Translations under genes and position numbers: made by a program
From: Octopus bimaculoides
Lineage: Eukaryota
Assembly: GCF_001194135.2 (NCBI RefSeq)
Contig: NC_068990.1
Coordinates: 81,732,233-81,796,232, forward strand
Reading direction: 5' to 3'
DNA: 64,000 nucleotides
Notes under the pieces: generated by a model
Database searches by the model: none
Seen by the model: only the letters and a program-made list of their open reading frames with translations
Told to the model about the DNA's origin: nothing
In this document: piece by piece, positions 1 to 13,589 of the stretch
Position numbering within the stretch: the first letter of the stretch is position 1
Layout: every line of letters starts with the position of its first letter

Positions 1-1399
1 AATGGTCTTCATACAGATTTTGTTTATTAAATTCATTCACAAGGCATTGATTAGCCCAGAGTTACAGAAGACACTTGTTCAAAATACTAAGCAGTAGGAC
101 TTAACTCAAAACCACATGGTTAAAAAGCAAACTTTTTAACCACACAGCTATGTCTTCAAAGTGATATTAATTTTACAGCTAGCTAGATTGAGCTAAATAA
201 ACTCCTCATTATCATCATCATCATTTAACATCTGTCTTCCATGCTGGCATGACTTTGGCTAAGAGAAAATATTGTGATTCTTGGAAAGTGTTGACTGAAA
301 TCATGTAAAACACTTCAGTAGCTTGACTGCATCATCAAACAATAGAAGCTTTGGATTCAACAGACTGTGTGCTGTATGCTAAAACTATGGCTGTGTATGA
401 TGAAGAGGACAAATCTTCACAGAAAAAAATACAAAAATCAAGTTAGAACACATGTTAATTTGATGAGTTGTTAGGACTTAGGAATTGACAGATTTGTAAA
501 TACATGATTTCTTAATTAGGCATAAAACTTTGAAGTTACAGAAGCAGCGACATGAAAAGTTGTGGAGTTGAGGCAGTTCTTAAGTGAGTAAGAGATTTAA
601 CTGTGCAACTGAAGGTGAACTATGGAGGCAGTCATTGGAGATGATAAAATGTCATGCTTAGACATGTTAATATGTCTCGTTTAGTTAATGACTACTCTTA
701 GCTGTGTCATGTAGTTTACAGTTCAGCATCATCTGAAAGAGATGAAATCTCTACCTTTACTAATTAGCTTCACCTTCTCTTCAAGCTTTTGCTGCATGAA
801 TAAATAACTGAATCATAATTCACTTCAGTCAGCTCTACATGTAAGTCATCGGAAAATGGTATGAACTGAGATTATGTTTTAAATGCACATATAATACTAT
901 AATAATAATGATAATAATAATAAGGAAGAATGATTTGAATCTTTGTAGCAAGGGTTAAATAGAATAATAGTGGTTAGCACTGGTAAAATAAAAATATCAA
1001 GTGCATTACTCTCATCAAATCCATGCCGTCATACAAGAATAAAACAATGTAAAATTATGATTGTTTTATATGGTAGTAGAAGATAATAATGAACAGTTGG
1101 CTACTGTAGTTGTTCTGGATAAAGTTTGCTATGTAAAGAAAATGATGAAGTGTAGAATAAATTCAGTTGATGGGAGTAGAAAATGTAATAAAAAATTCCC
1201 AAGATTGTATTCTATCACCCATGAGTTTCTGACTGTAATATCTAAAATCCAATTATAAATTACAAAATTGTCTCAAATGCTCAGATGGTTCAAGTATTGG
1301 CTTTTTATGTTATTTAAAAATCTTTCACAAAATGCTCTCAGAAACTAGTACACTTGAAATAGTTGAACCTCTTTTAAAAAGCAGAAAAATAACCCCAGA

Positions 1400-3100
1400 A
1401 TAGAATTTTTCTGAATAGACCTTCAGAAAAATAACCTCCCTAATTGAAAGTGCTTTTATTAGGGAAACTTACAAATAAAAGTTTGGTTTTTATCGAAGAA
1501 TGGTTCACATGTAATGATTAGTGAAATAACTAAAAGAAGGAGTAATTCTGGAAAAGTCAGTATATCTTTAGTTATATACATATATTTTGTGTAATCATGG
1601 ATGTTTGAATATAAATGTACACTGATCTGGTAAATTGTGGAATTTAAGAATAAGAATTTATAAAACTTCACTTGTTGAAAAAACTATTAAACTTTTAGAA
1701 ACAAAGCTTACTGAATTCAAACTTGGTTTGAGAAAAAAATTCCTTTAATGATAACTGATAGAGAAAATGCCATGGTTAAATTTGGTTAGGATATTAACTG
1801 CACGCATCAATTATGTTATTTGGACTTCATTTGGCTGTTTGTGATATTCTTTCTAAGGAAACTGAATCAAATTGCATGCAATGAAACTACTTTAAAACAT
1901 GACCTTTGCAACAATTGAACTTAGTGAAATAATATCAACTGCAGAAGTCACCATCAACCATTGGCAATGTTGTTGAAATGCAAGAACAATTGTCAGTTCA
2001 TTTTGTAGGTCTCTAACAAAAATTTTCAAAGACCTATAAAATGAAACCTACAAATACTTCAGAAAGTTGCAATTAATGCATAATATTTTATATAGTTTAT
2101 TTACAATGTCAGAATGGTTCTTCTTCCTTAGAACCTATAAGTTGTGATCAATATGACTTTTCAGATAAATTAATGCTTATCCACATTGTTGAAGCAGTCC
2201 TAGTAACAATTAATATTGGGACTTAAAAAAAAAAAAAGAAAACTAGATTGGGAAGATGTTACCTTTCTCTCAAGAAAAGCATACTTGTTTTTATTCTGGA
2301 AATATTCAGTCAATAGAATACTTCCATGTTCCTCATGCTCAGAGAATATCTTAAGAAAAGAACTGAACAACAAAGGGATAAAAATTTGATTAGAGTAATG
2401 AAATATTTAATTACTTTTCTTATCAATTTTGGATGCACTTTATTCATTTTACATTTTGCCATTAGAAATTTTCCTGCAAAATATTGCAAAGAATGATCAT
2501 CAGTTTATCAGAAGAATCCCTTATTTATAACTGAAGCACCCACTCCATCAAAAGAAACTCCCTTATTACAGATATTCAATGTTGAAGTTAACAAAGCTGT
2601 ATAATAAAAAAACAAAAACAAAAAAAAACAACAACAACAACAACACAAGAGAACTTCAAATCAACTTATGATCCCAGAGATGAAGATGCTTGGAATTACT
2701 GGATACAGAAATGTTGATCTACTGAAATGTTTCTTTCCCTAAATACTATTCCTCCAAATTCCATCAAAGTAGAAAGAACCCTTTCTATGGTAGGTTTTTT
2801 GTTGTACAGTTGTAATGAAGTTTGGGCGACAACATTATCAACAATATGTGCTTCTTGAGATAAAATTATCAATCTTAGTGAAATATTTTTTAGCAGTCAG
2901 GAAACTTTTTTTTTTCCATAAATCTTTGGGGCTTTCTATACAAGTATCCATGTTCTTTTAATGGAATAAATTTCTATATTCATGATTCTTGCTTTCTAAT
3001 GTCTGAAACAATGGAGGTAAAATAGAAAAAAAAATCTTAAATTATTTTGTTTTATATTTCTGATTTCCCAGTAATGACAAGTTCTAGGAAATTGACATAC
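1400..3100 (+). mobile_element. Decayed hAT-superfamily transposase remnant
   Basis: Hand translation across stops and frameshifts gives CLNINVH*SGKLWNLRIRI...EKTIKLLETKLTEFKL from 1602, then ITDRENAMVKFG (TDGASxM-like), GLHLAVCDIL (~1822), and the C-terminal dimerisation-type TIPPNSIKVERTLS...SLGDNIINNMCFLR (2744-2860). Ends are approximate and TIRs are not confidently found. Confidence 0.7.
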
Positions 3101-5235
3101 CAAAACACATCCTTTGATAGAGAGAAGAACATATGTCTATATTCAAGTTATGTGTCTAGCTGAGTAGTTATCCATCTTCTGGTTAATCTTGATAGAGTAA
3201 AACCAATGATCAAAAGCAGTCACAGCCATGACTATCTGATCTTTTTTTTTTAGACAGTGTCTCTTCAGAATTCTATGATCCAATGTGTCCTTTTCCTTTT
3301 TTAAGTGATAATTTGAGGGTTATTTGACTGTAATCTCTAGCAGGTTAATTTGTGTATATATCATGTGAGCATAATCAATAGGTTGTCAATATCTGCCAAG
3401 AGATCCCTATAGTCAGTGCAAAAATGAAATAATAAATTCAGTAATGTATCTGCTTAACAAATTAGTCAGTAGGACTCTACCAAAATATAATATCTGTAAT
3501 ACAGATATTACAATCAGGATTAATGTGTGTACTTACTTGTGTAAAAAAGCCATGATTTTTTTTCGAGTTCTTATTCCAATATATTTCGATATTTTAGTAT
3601 AATTTTTGTCTTTTATCTTTTGGGTAAAATATTCAGTTACTGACAATTTTTAAATGAATAAAATAGACATAAAAAAATAGATATCTCCATATGTTTAATA
3701 ACAGCCATTTGAAATATACTTTCACTTTATTAGATATGTTTCTTTCACTCCTATGCTGATATTTCCAGATCAATAATATCTTCTATGCATGAATAAATTT
3801 CATTATGAAAATGCTTTAAAAACCAAAGCATATTTTTTATTTTTTATTTTGTAACTTATTTTTTTATAAATGATGTTGTATAAATTTAAAATGTTCAGCT
3901 CAATATGTACACTTGTCAAAACATTTTTATTTTATTAAATTGAAAATATTGTTAATATAGTTTTAGCTGCAGGTCAAACCTGATCAAGCAGACATGTGAT
4001 CAAAGGTTATCCAGCCATGACCATCCAATACTATTATTATTTTTGCACACATACATCAAATGTGTCCATTCTAAAGAAGTTGAGACAGTGAGTTTTAAGA
4101 AAATGAGATAGCTATTTCTTGCAAATTGAGTCTACTCCAGTTAAGGCTTTTTAGGTATAGAGCAGTTGATAGAACTCTATGAAGCCTTTACAGGATCATT
4201 CAATGGTTTCTATATAACAGCCAAATTTCCATCAAAACATCCACCATTCTTTAAAACAATGATGTAGTTCAAGATTAACTGTTTAAACAAGACAATTGGT
4301 CATTTCCTACATGTTTATAAACATTAGTTTACCCAATTAGGGTTGAAGTAGAGTTTAACAAGAAAATGAGCTGCAGGAGTCAAATTTTGAAATTCATGTA
4401 ATACTTTTTAATTCATTGTAAATATTTGTAATTCGAATAGTTGTTTAGCCCTAAGTCAGCTCTGATTCCGAAGATCTAAAGCATTCCAATCATTATTACT
4501 CCCACCTTTTATTTTTTTTCAACCACTGAGTACCATGGGTTATATTTTTCCTTTTCAAAGATAGTAATGTGTAATTTGAAGGATAGCAGATGGAATGGCC
4601 ACACAGTAGTACTTTCATCATCTTGAGAAAAGTTGAAAATTCCCGGTGCTGCCAGTAGTTTTGGTCTTCAAAGGACATTAAAATCTTAGCATCACTTGTA
4701 CAAGATTCTTTACAATCATCACTTAATGTCAAGACAGAGTACACACACACACACAATGAGCTTTTTTTTCACTTTCCATCTACCAAATCCACTCACAAGG
4801 TAATATTTCACCTGCTTGTATTATGGTGATACTCAATTACAAGCATCACATAATGTCAAGACAAAGATACTTCCTCTCACACACAGATTTCAGTTGAAGT
4901 TACCTTTACATGGTCACTCAACCTGCCTTAAATAGCAGCAAAATCTTCCTTAAAATCACACCCTATTGGTTGGAAAAAATAGATGAAATACATGTCTCCA
5001 AAAAGATGGGGCGTCCATGGTTTGAATGCTTTTGATCATAAGTATACCTGATTATGGTTAACCTTAGGCTTAGCAACAATCAGTGAAACAAACTATTTAC
5101 AAGACTCATTTTGGTCAATGAATACTCATACCAGCAAATTGAAGGCAAAGTATTAGAAGATACTGTAAACTCTAACATGATGGTAGTGACTTGAGATTAG
5201 TGTCTGCCTCAGTAGTAGTAGTCTGGGTATCTATT

Positions 5236-5404
5236 CTACACTCTCTGAGTGGTTGGCGTTAGGAAGGGCATCCAGCTGTAGAAACACTGCCAAATTAGAT
5301 TGGAGCCTGGTGTTGCCATCCGGTTTCACCAGTCCTCAGTCAAATCGTCCAACCCATGCTAGCATGGAAGGCGGACGTTAAACGATGATGATGATGATGA
5401 TGAT
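5236..5404 (+). mobile_element. Family A retroposon (RTE-type 3' tail ending in (GAT)n), truncated copy
   Basis: Near-identical to the copies at 7137, 19752, 33607 and 62259; ends aacccatgctagcatgg...gttaaacgatgatgat. Confidence 0.85.
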
Positions 5405-7136
5405 TAGCTCTTATATCCTTCATCATTTTTTATATGTCTAATTCATCACCATCATTACTGTTGATTTAATATTCAGTCCAATTAATCTGGTATACGTTCA
5501 GCAATTTAGCATCTTCTCATATATTTTGGTTCTATGTCATTCTGCTCATGAGGTCCACCATACTAAATCTTATAATTATCCCCATCAGTAACTATTATAG
5601 AATGCATTCTTATATTCTAGCAATAAAGACCAACTATATATGCTAGTTTATAAAATCATCTTCTAAGATCCTACTGTCTTATATAAAGAAAGCTACATTG
5701 GACAATGTAGTCATAGATAAACAAAAGGATAGAAAATCAAGGCTAGAATGCCTTTGATCAGGGCTGACATGGGGGTTATACAACAACAGCAATTGTTTGT
5801 ATAATGTTTGAAACACTTAAGCAAATAGTTTCCATTTCAATGAAGTTCAAAATATTGATATCAACAGTGTACCATGTGGAGAAGAGTATGTTTTGGATGG
5901 AACCCTTCTGTAGAGAATAAATAGACTTTAATTTGATAGAATATCGTCTGTTAAATAGTTTAAAGACAATTATTTTCTTCTTGCATACTTTCAGTCTGAA
6001 TCTTCAACCACAATTTGTTTGGATATTGAGTTGAACCAATCTATAAACCAAACATCCTTTCAATACTGAAAATTTCAAGTTAATGATTGCTACAAAACAA
6101 CAGCTAAATCTCCCTTAAGTCACACCATACTGTTTTGAATAAAAAAAAAAAAAAGGATATATTACATATTGTCTTCAGTATACTGGAACTACTTTGATCC
6201 GAGGTTTATCAGCTGGATCAAGAGTGACCTGGGGTTAAACAACAACAACGTACTGAAAATTTCATCCCAAGTGTGTATGGTAGGTCATTGATTGATCAGT
6301 CTTGAATAATTGAATTTCAAACATTTATTTGGAAACTATGGGCTGAAGTTCTACCAAAGTACACATTTTACAGTTAAAATAAGTACTTGATGCACTTTAG
6401 AGACCAGTACAGAGCTTGTTTGGCTAGCTTGCTGATTGTCCACAAGTGTTTTTTATTCTAATACATTTTATATAAGTTAACTTGAACAATAGATAATCTA
6501 CCATACTAATGAGCAAACTAAACTAATTTACAATAAGAACTCATTAGCTCATCAAACTAATTATCCCCTATTATGATAATCACTAGTTATTTATTTATTT
6601 ATACAAAAGCAAGAGTTAAGACAACTACAAAATTTACAAGAATTTTCAAGAACTTGGTTAAGGTCAGAAATAAGTGAACAAAATCACTGCAAGATTTAGA
6701 CACATTTGTAGACACCATTATTGTTGTAGCCTTTGTTGTCGAGTGAAAAATATCCTCTGGGAGAGTGGACTATATCTGGTTTGCTATCTAGCTATTTACA
6801 TATGTATGTGTGTGAATGTTTATGAATATATATGAGTATGTATTTATATATATGTGTGTGTGTATGTATATATACGCTGTAAAGTTGTTGGTAGAAGAAA
6901 GGGCATCCAACCATAGAAACCAGGCCATGAATGAAATGTGATCTTCAAACTCTTCTAAGTGAGCAATATTCCCTGAACAAATGCTAACTCTGACTGTGGC
7001 AACCTATCTGAACCATGCCAGCATAGAAAACAGGTATGAAATGATGATGATATGTATGGTGTGGATCTTCATTGGCAATGAGGATTCAGTTGTTCAATTA
7101 TATGAATTTCCTGCTCCTAAACCACAGGCATAAGTA

Positions 7137-7411
7137 CATCATCATCGTCGTTTAACGTCCGCTTTCCATGCTAGCATGGGTTGGACGATTTGACTGAGGA
7201 CTGGTGAAACCAGATGGCTACACCAGGCTCCAATCTGATTTGGCAGAGTTTCTACAGCTGGATGCCCTTCCTAAAGCCAACCACTCAGAGAGTGTAGTGG
7301 GTGCTTTTACGTGCCACCCGCACGAAGGCCAGTCAGGCGGTACTGGCAACGGCCACGCTCAAAATGGTGTATTTTATGTGCCACCCGCTCAAGAGCCAGT
7401 CCAGGGGCACT
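7137..7411 (-). mobile_element. Family A retroposon copy
   Basis: Reverse complement of the 19752-20097 copy; begins with (CAT)n on the + strand. Source of the spurious ORF MKPDGYTRLQ. Confidence 0.88.
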
Positions 7412-7724
7412 CCATTAACAAAATTCCCAACTAAAATCAGCATGACTCAATGCAACAAGGTACTTTTCGACTCACTTGAGCTGCTATACGGTTTCTGTCT
7501 GCTCAGATTCACTAGCACAGTTTGGGTCAACTTGAGCATATAGAAAAAGACTTTGCCAAAGATGACATGCAATGGGATCATGTCCAGAAGCTCATGGTCG
7601 TGAAACAAACTTCACCATTTGGTTATATTGGTCTTTTACTGAAATATGCATACCATCCATGTGGAGAAGGGGAGAGAGTGGCTTGTTAACTTTTACAATT
7701 GCTTTTCTTGGTTCACACAAACAT

Positions 7725-7895
7725 TTGTTGTTCTTTAGCCCCAGGTCAGAGGCAATCCAACTGAGGCTACTTTTTCTTTTCGGTATCTAATGCTGGACTT
7801 TTTATGATCCAATTTTTTTACATTTTAAAGTCGAGATGCTATTTGATGGCAGTTTAGCTGTTATTTCTAGCAGGTCAAACAACTCTCATGTAGAA
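7725..7895. mobile_element. Family E degenerate interspersed repeat (ttgttgtttagcccc...gctatttctagcaggtc)
   Basis: Related, diverged copies in both orientations at ~3180-3350, 3960-4140, 4915-5065, 5660-5790, 6095-6250, 16155-16260, 33110-33460, 42950-43060 and 43640-43780. Class not determined. Confidence 0.55.
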
Positions 7896-8393
7896 GCATC
7901 CAAACAGTTGAGCTTGGTGCTGCATGCTCATGAAATACTCATCAATTTAGAGTGCTGCCACTGTCAGCAGCAGCAAGTTGCATCTGCACTGCAGTACCTT
8001 GTCACAGCTATATAGTCTGGAACCATTTGACAGTTTAGTGTACTGGTTACAGACACAATAAGGAATGCCATTAATAGGAGGCCAACTGTTGGCCTCTTCC
8101 CTTTGTTGACTTAGTTATCCAATATATGTGCCTATGAATGATTCTGAAATATACAAAGTAAAACAGAAAGTTACAAAAGTGACTCAGAAATCTTGAGTGG
8201 TTTTGTAACTTTCTACCAATAAAAAATAATTTGTTTATACTTATGTATCGAATTCTATATCTCCTTTTTGTTTTATTAAACTTTATCTACCTATCTATCT
8301 ATCATGCATACTTCCATATATATATATANNNNNNNNNNTATATATATAGCATATTATATCATATCAGGGTAAGAAAAAGTTTTTGAAATTTTT

Positions 8394-8433
<40 letters not shown>

Positions 8434-8599
8434 CTCTCCTACCCATGCCAGCATGGAAGGCAGACGTTAGATGATGATGATGAAGTCTAATTTGCGCACA
8501 GACACATCTCTGTGCATTCAAATTCAAACACATAAATGTACACACATACATATATATACATGCATGTATTCAGATGTATATATATATAAGTGTGTTATT

Positions 8600-11050
8600 C
8601 ATCATTTTTCGTGCGCATTTCCATGTTGGCATGTGTTGGACAGGTTTCCCGAAGCAGTATGTGACAGGATGATGCCCTTACAGTCGCCAATCCTTTTAGT
8701 TGTCTTTAGCAACACGCAGGGACAAGGTGTACCTATACCAAAATCAAGATGCGTGCGTGCATGTCACACGTATACATTGAGATTTCCTTGTCCTATGTCA
8801 GAAAGATGCTGGCGTTCTTTCGATTAAAGTCGCAAAAATGTCAAAATCAACAGCTGATTGTTCGGCAATTTAAGTAAAGAATTTTTACTTCTTTACTTTT
8901 TTTTCCTGTCCGGTTGGAGCCGACATTTGTCATTCAAGTCCGTGAGGGAGCTGGAAAGTGAAACACACGCTCGCACACACCCATTAACTTCCATGTCCCT
9001 GAGTTGAATAGTGGAACGCACGCGCGCGCGCAAGCACACACGCATTTTACATAAATCTGATCACTTGCACGTAGACCCATTATCGTTCATATCCACGTAC
9101 ATAGATAAATACATATACATTTTGAGTGCGTGCGTGCGTGTATGTATGTATACAGATTTGCGTGTGTATAGAGTTGTTTGTTAATCGGCGCAGTAAAAAT
9201 TGTTCTTAGGTCCTATTTGACATGATAACAATTGATTAGATAAATACACCCACACTCACCACACTATATATGTGTGTGTGTGATTTCATTAAAAAAAGGT
9301 GGGATATTAAAAATATGAAACAAAAACAAATTTTGAAAATAAAAATCGATAAAATATATTAGGTTCTGAAAGTTTTGCTGCAACTACAAAAGCAATTTTC
9401 CCATGTACCCTGAATGTATCTCATACAGTAACGCCTTTTAAACTTCCACCTGTTCATATTGCTATCAAATTGTAAAACACGTTTATAGAAAAAAGTCAAC
9501 AATAGCAGATATGAAAAGTATTTTCTAGTTTTTAATGAAAATACAGAAATATATCTAATAAACAAGTAAATAAAAATACAAAGCAAAAACTTCGATAATA
9601 AATTATTGTATTAAATATAAAATATTTGCTGCTAATGTTGCTTGCTATCACGAATATATATACATACAGGCTCTTTTTTTTAGTGGGTTTTTTTCCTTAC
9701 TATTTATATATCCATGTGTAACAGTTTATTTGTTATCTTGTACAATGAACCCAGAAAATATTGCTTTATTTTGTCTTTCTTTCTGTTTATAAATATAAGT
9801 TTGTTGTCAAATATTCAGATATTATATATAATGCAGACATTTAGAAATCTTTATGATAATTTTTTTTCTTTTTGCTTTAAAATATAATGTGTATATATGT
9901 ATATATATCATTTCATTTTCACTTTTATCAAAGAAAAAATGACGATAAGATAACAATTGTCTTTTAAAAAGAAAACTGAAATAAAATCTTGTTTCGTAGG
10001 GAAGGGGGCCCCTTTTCAAGCACTGTGTATTAACGCTGAAGTAAAAACAAATACCTAAAAGTCTCTAACACACACAAAAAAAAAAAAAAAATCAACAGCT
10101 CCTACCTGTAAAATGCAACGATCCTCAAAAATTAGTGACCTAAGACCTAACTAAACAACCAAACACATTTCCAAAGCGATTGCCAACCCTCGTTACAAAG
10201 ATGCATTTTTAGTTTCTCACCATCTCTTTCTGTTTATACCTACTCTCCTTTTCTTATTTTCTATTCTCTCTCTTTTTTTCTCTCCCGCTTTCCCACTCCT
10301 TCCTCTCTATTTTCTCTCCTTCTTATCCCCCACTCTCTCTCCCTCTTACGTAGTTAAAACAGATTTGCCTAGTGTTTCAACTGTAGCTTGTCTCAGACAA
10401 TGCCTCGTCGATAGCAACCGATTGCCAGTAGTCGGTAGAAACACAATCTTTGATTGGATGACTGTGAGACTCTAATCACAATTAGTCAGTCACATGGGAT
10501 TCATCTATAATGAACTAGTGAGCGAGAGAGAGAGAGCATGACATTTACTATATGTAGCGTAAAGAAATGGAGGAGCTGAATTTCTGAAGCTTTCGATCAA
10601 CTAAACCGTTCACTTGCTCTCTTATTTAATGAGATTTCCAGTTTAGCAATTGATCCAACCGTCGGGGGGATTAATTTACCATTTTTGAGAAGATCAGGTG
10701 GATGATGCACAGTGTGGAGTACCTACGATACCCGTTCATCTTTCCGGGTGAAAACAAACTAGCCACTTCGAATTGATCGCCTGGTGCCCTGTGGTAAACT
10801 ATATCCTTTTATATTTCATGTTTTTCTTATAGGTAAGGTGTCCCGGTCACTGATGTTGTAGTTATGAGGCTGCCTTGGCGATTTTTCATTATTTTGGCGG
10901 TTCTGGTTTCTCCGACATGGGCTGAAGGTAAGTTATTTCACACAATTATTATTATCATTATTATTGATATCGATTGTTAACAGAACAGGCTATACCCACC
11001 TACTCCGATCTGTACTCCCTCCAACCCTCGTGCACACTCTCTCAAAATAT
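8600..11050 (+). promoter_or_regulatory. CpG-retaining promoter / 5' UTR region of the signal-peptide gene
   Basis: CpG dinucleotides are visibly more frequent than in the flanks (e.g. cgcacgcgcgcgcg near 9017, gcctcgtcgatagcaaccg, ccgtcggggg, ttccgggtg). There is a CT-rich tract at ~10220-10350, a (GA)n at ~10525, and no large TE. It lies directly upstream of the exon. The TSS cannot be placed. Confidence 0.5.
10864..10927 (+). CDS. First coding exon (signal peptide) of an unidentified secreted or membrane protein; phase-1 intron follows
   Basis: ATG at 10864 in gttATGA context translates to MRLPWRFFIILAVLVSPTWAE+G: basic n-region, hydrophobic h-region, T-W-A cleavage motif. It is bounded by a polypyrimidine tract with AG at 10831-10832 and the donor AAG|GTAAGT at 10928. 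Too short for the ORF track. Confidence 0.75.
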
Positions 11051-11810
11051 ACATAGGGCCCTCTTGATAAGGATTCTTATATCATCTATAGTTCTGCTGC
11101 AACCCCCCTGTATTTACTTATGTAAATTACCATTTCAATAATTGATTTATAGTAATAATAAATTAATAATGAAAATGAGTTGACAGAGTTTATTATATGT
11201 GTATTGAAAGTAATAAAGTAAGTTATTTTTTTAAAATGCAAATTAAGAGAGACGATCTCTAGTTTAGAAGACTATCCTCGTCTCTATGTTAATTTTTTTC
11301 CCACCTGTACAAGGTTTTCTATTTGTCACATATCCATTACAAGACAGTTACAATATGGCCTTTCTCTAACAGGTGACCACTGATATTCCTGCTTGAGTCT
11401 CCTGTGAATACTAATATTTCTCTACCGTGTGTGTTGCATGTGTACTATATAATAATACACAGTACTTTTTGCTCTGTTAAAATAATCAACAAATTAATCA
11501 AATAATAGCTGGGTTTTTTTCCTCGAATAAAAAAAGAAAAAAAAGTGAAGCAATTCATTTGAATAATGATATTACAATAATTGACAGTTATTCTCCAAAA
11601 CGGCAATTGTTGATTACTATATTCAAAATTATTTGTATTTCATATTAGTTTTCTTGAAATTATTTGTTTATTTAATATGTAGATGTTTTTTTTTTGTTAT
11701 TATCTGCAGTAACGAAGATAACTATATTCTATTTTTCATCAACTTGTACTTTTTAAGATACATACCTGTGTGTGTGAGTATCTGTGTGTGTTTGTATGTA
11801 TGTATGTATG

Positions 11811-11843
<33 letters not shown>

Positions 11844-13094
11844 NNNNNNNNNNNNNNNNNNNNNNNNNNNNNNNNNNNNNNNNNNNNNNNNNNNNNNNNN
11901 NNNNNNNNNNNNNNNNNNNNNNNNNNNNNNNNNNNNNNNNNNNNNNNNNNNNNNNNNNNNNNNNNNNNNNNNNNNNNNNNNNNNNNNNNNNNNNNNNNNN
12001 NNNNNNNNNNNNNNNNNNNNNNNNNNNNNNNNNNNNNNNNNNNNNNNNNNNNNNNNNNNNNNNNNNNNNNNNNNNNNNNNNNNNNNNNNNNNNNNNNNCA
12101 TCTTGAATTTTCTTAAGTTTAATTTCTTTTTCTTCTTAAACCATCTATTAAATTTTGTTTCAGAGATTAAAAAAAAAGGAGTTTTTTTAGATTTTAATTT
12201 AAGGCCTTTATTATTAATTCGTGAATACATCTTTTTCCAATCGGTTCCGCCCACATAATTACGTTTTAACTAGATTTTAGCTTTTACTTTTTGAAATTTA
12301 AAGCTTTGTTGGTATTATTGGAAAGATGAAGTTGTCAATAAGAATCAATTGAAAAGTTCGTTTATTTAGTGAAATTAGGTAAATAAATAAAGAAATGAAT
12401 GATTTCAGGGTGAGCTCAAGTAAAATTATTACCTCCTATTCCACTGCCACCTCGCTAGTGATCTATCTAGTCTTTCCGAATAGGCTTGTTTCCTATGAAA
12501 CTAGAATATATAATGAGAAGTTGTGCTAATTTAAACGATCACACTAAAATATTCATCGAAAATACTATTATTTTTAGTTTTCTCATATTTGTAAAAAAAT
12601 GTTAGGAATATCTTTGTATGTTCTCAAACATTTAACCCATCAACGATTGTCAAAAAGTATCTTTCATCCACATCTCCATTATATATAGATTAATATATGT
12701 GATATTGTTGCCCAAGCCCCCATATTCAGTGATGATGATGATGATGATAATAATTTCTAATAATAATAATAATAATAATGATACCAATACAGAGCCTAAG
12801 TAAAGGTGTATATAGCCTGTTCACCTATTTATTATAATTTGTAAATTTGAATGTGAGGATTCACTTTCTGCTATGAATGACGAGAGGATCGAACGAAAAA
12901 AAATGCTTTATATATTCTTCACACATATTTCCATTTTCCTTACTTCCTTTTACAGTTTATTTGTTCAGTGGTATGAAAACTTCAGCTTCCTCAATCACAT
13001 TTTGAATACATTATCTCTATATGCACGTAGATAAAATACTTCCTTATCGAAATCTTCATTTATATAGCATAACTGCTGCTTTCGTGAGCTTGTG

Positions 13095-13113
13095 TACGTA
13101 TACATATGTATGT

Positions 13114-13149
<36 letters not shown>

Positions 13150-13206
13150 CTATGTGTATAAGTGTACGCATACATACATGTGAGTGTGCCTGTATGTATA
13201 TAACCG

Positions 13207-13263
<57 letters not shown>

Positions 13264-13548
13264 ATGTATACATGTGTGCATGTGTATACACAAGCATTCA
13301 AACACAGGCTGTAACACATACATGTATATATAATGACATGTACATATATAATTATATACAATAATATATTAGTACAAATACTATTGTGGATACATATATA
13401 ATTATATGAGGATATTTTCATCTATATCTCTCTATATATGCATATATATTTTAATGTGTGTATAGTCATATATGTATACATATTTGTAATTATATATACT
13501 TACATATATAACATTACACATAACTGTATATGTGTTATTGAGTATATA

Positions 13549-13589
<41 letters not shown>

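Noticed and set aside
300-870. Possible second hAT remnant (SSASSER-like peptide at ~720-740)
   Set aside because: A single short motif with no supporting neighbouring motifs in a consistent frame.
7204-7434. Repeated ORF MKPDGYTRLQSDLAEFLQLDALP (also 19737-20027 and 33675-33995) looking like a paralogous gene family
   Set aside because: All three lie within copies of the family A retroposon, antisense to its tail, use a GTG start and diverge at the element boundary.
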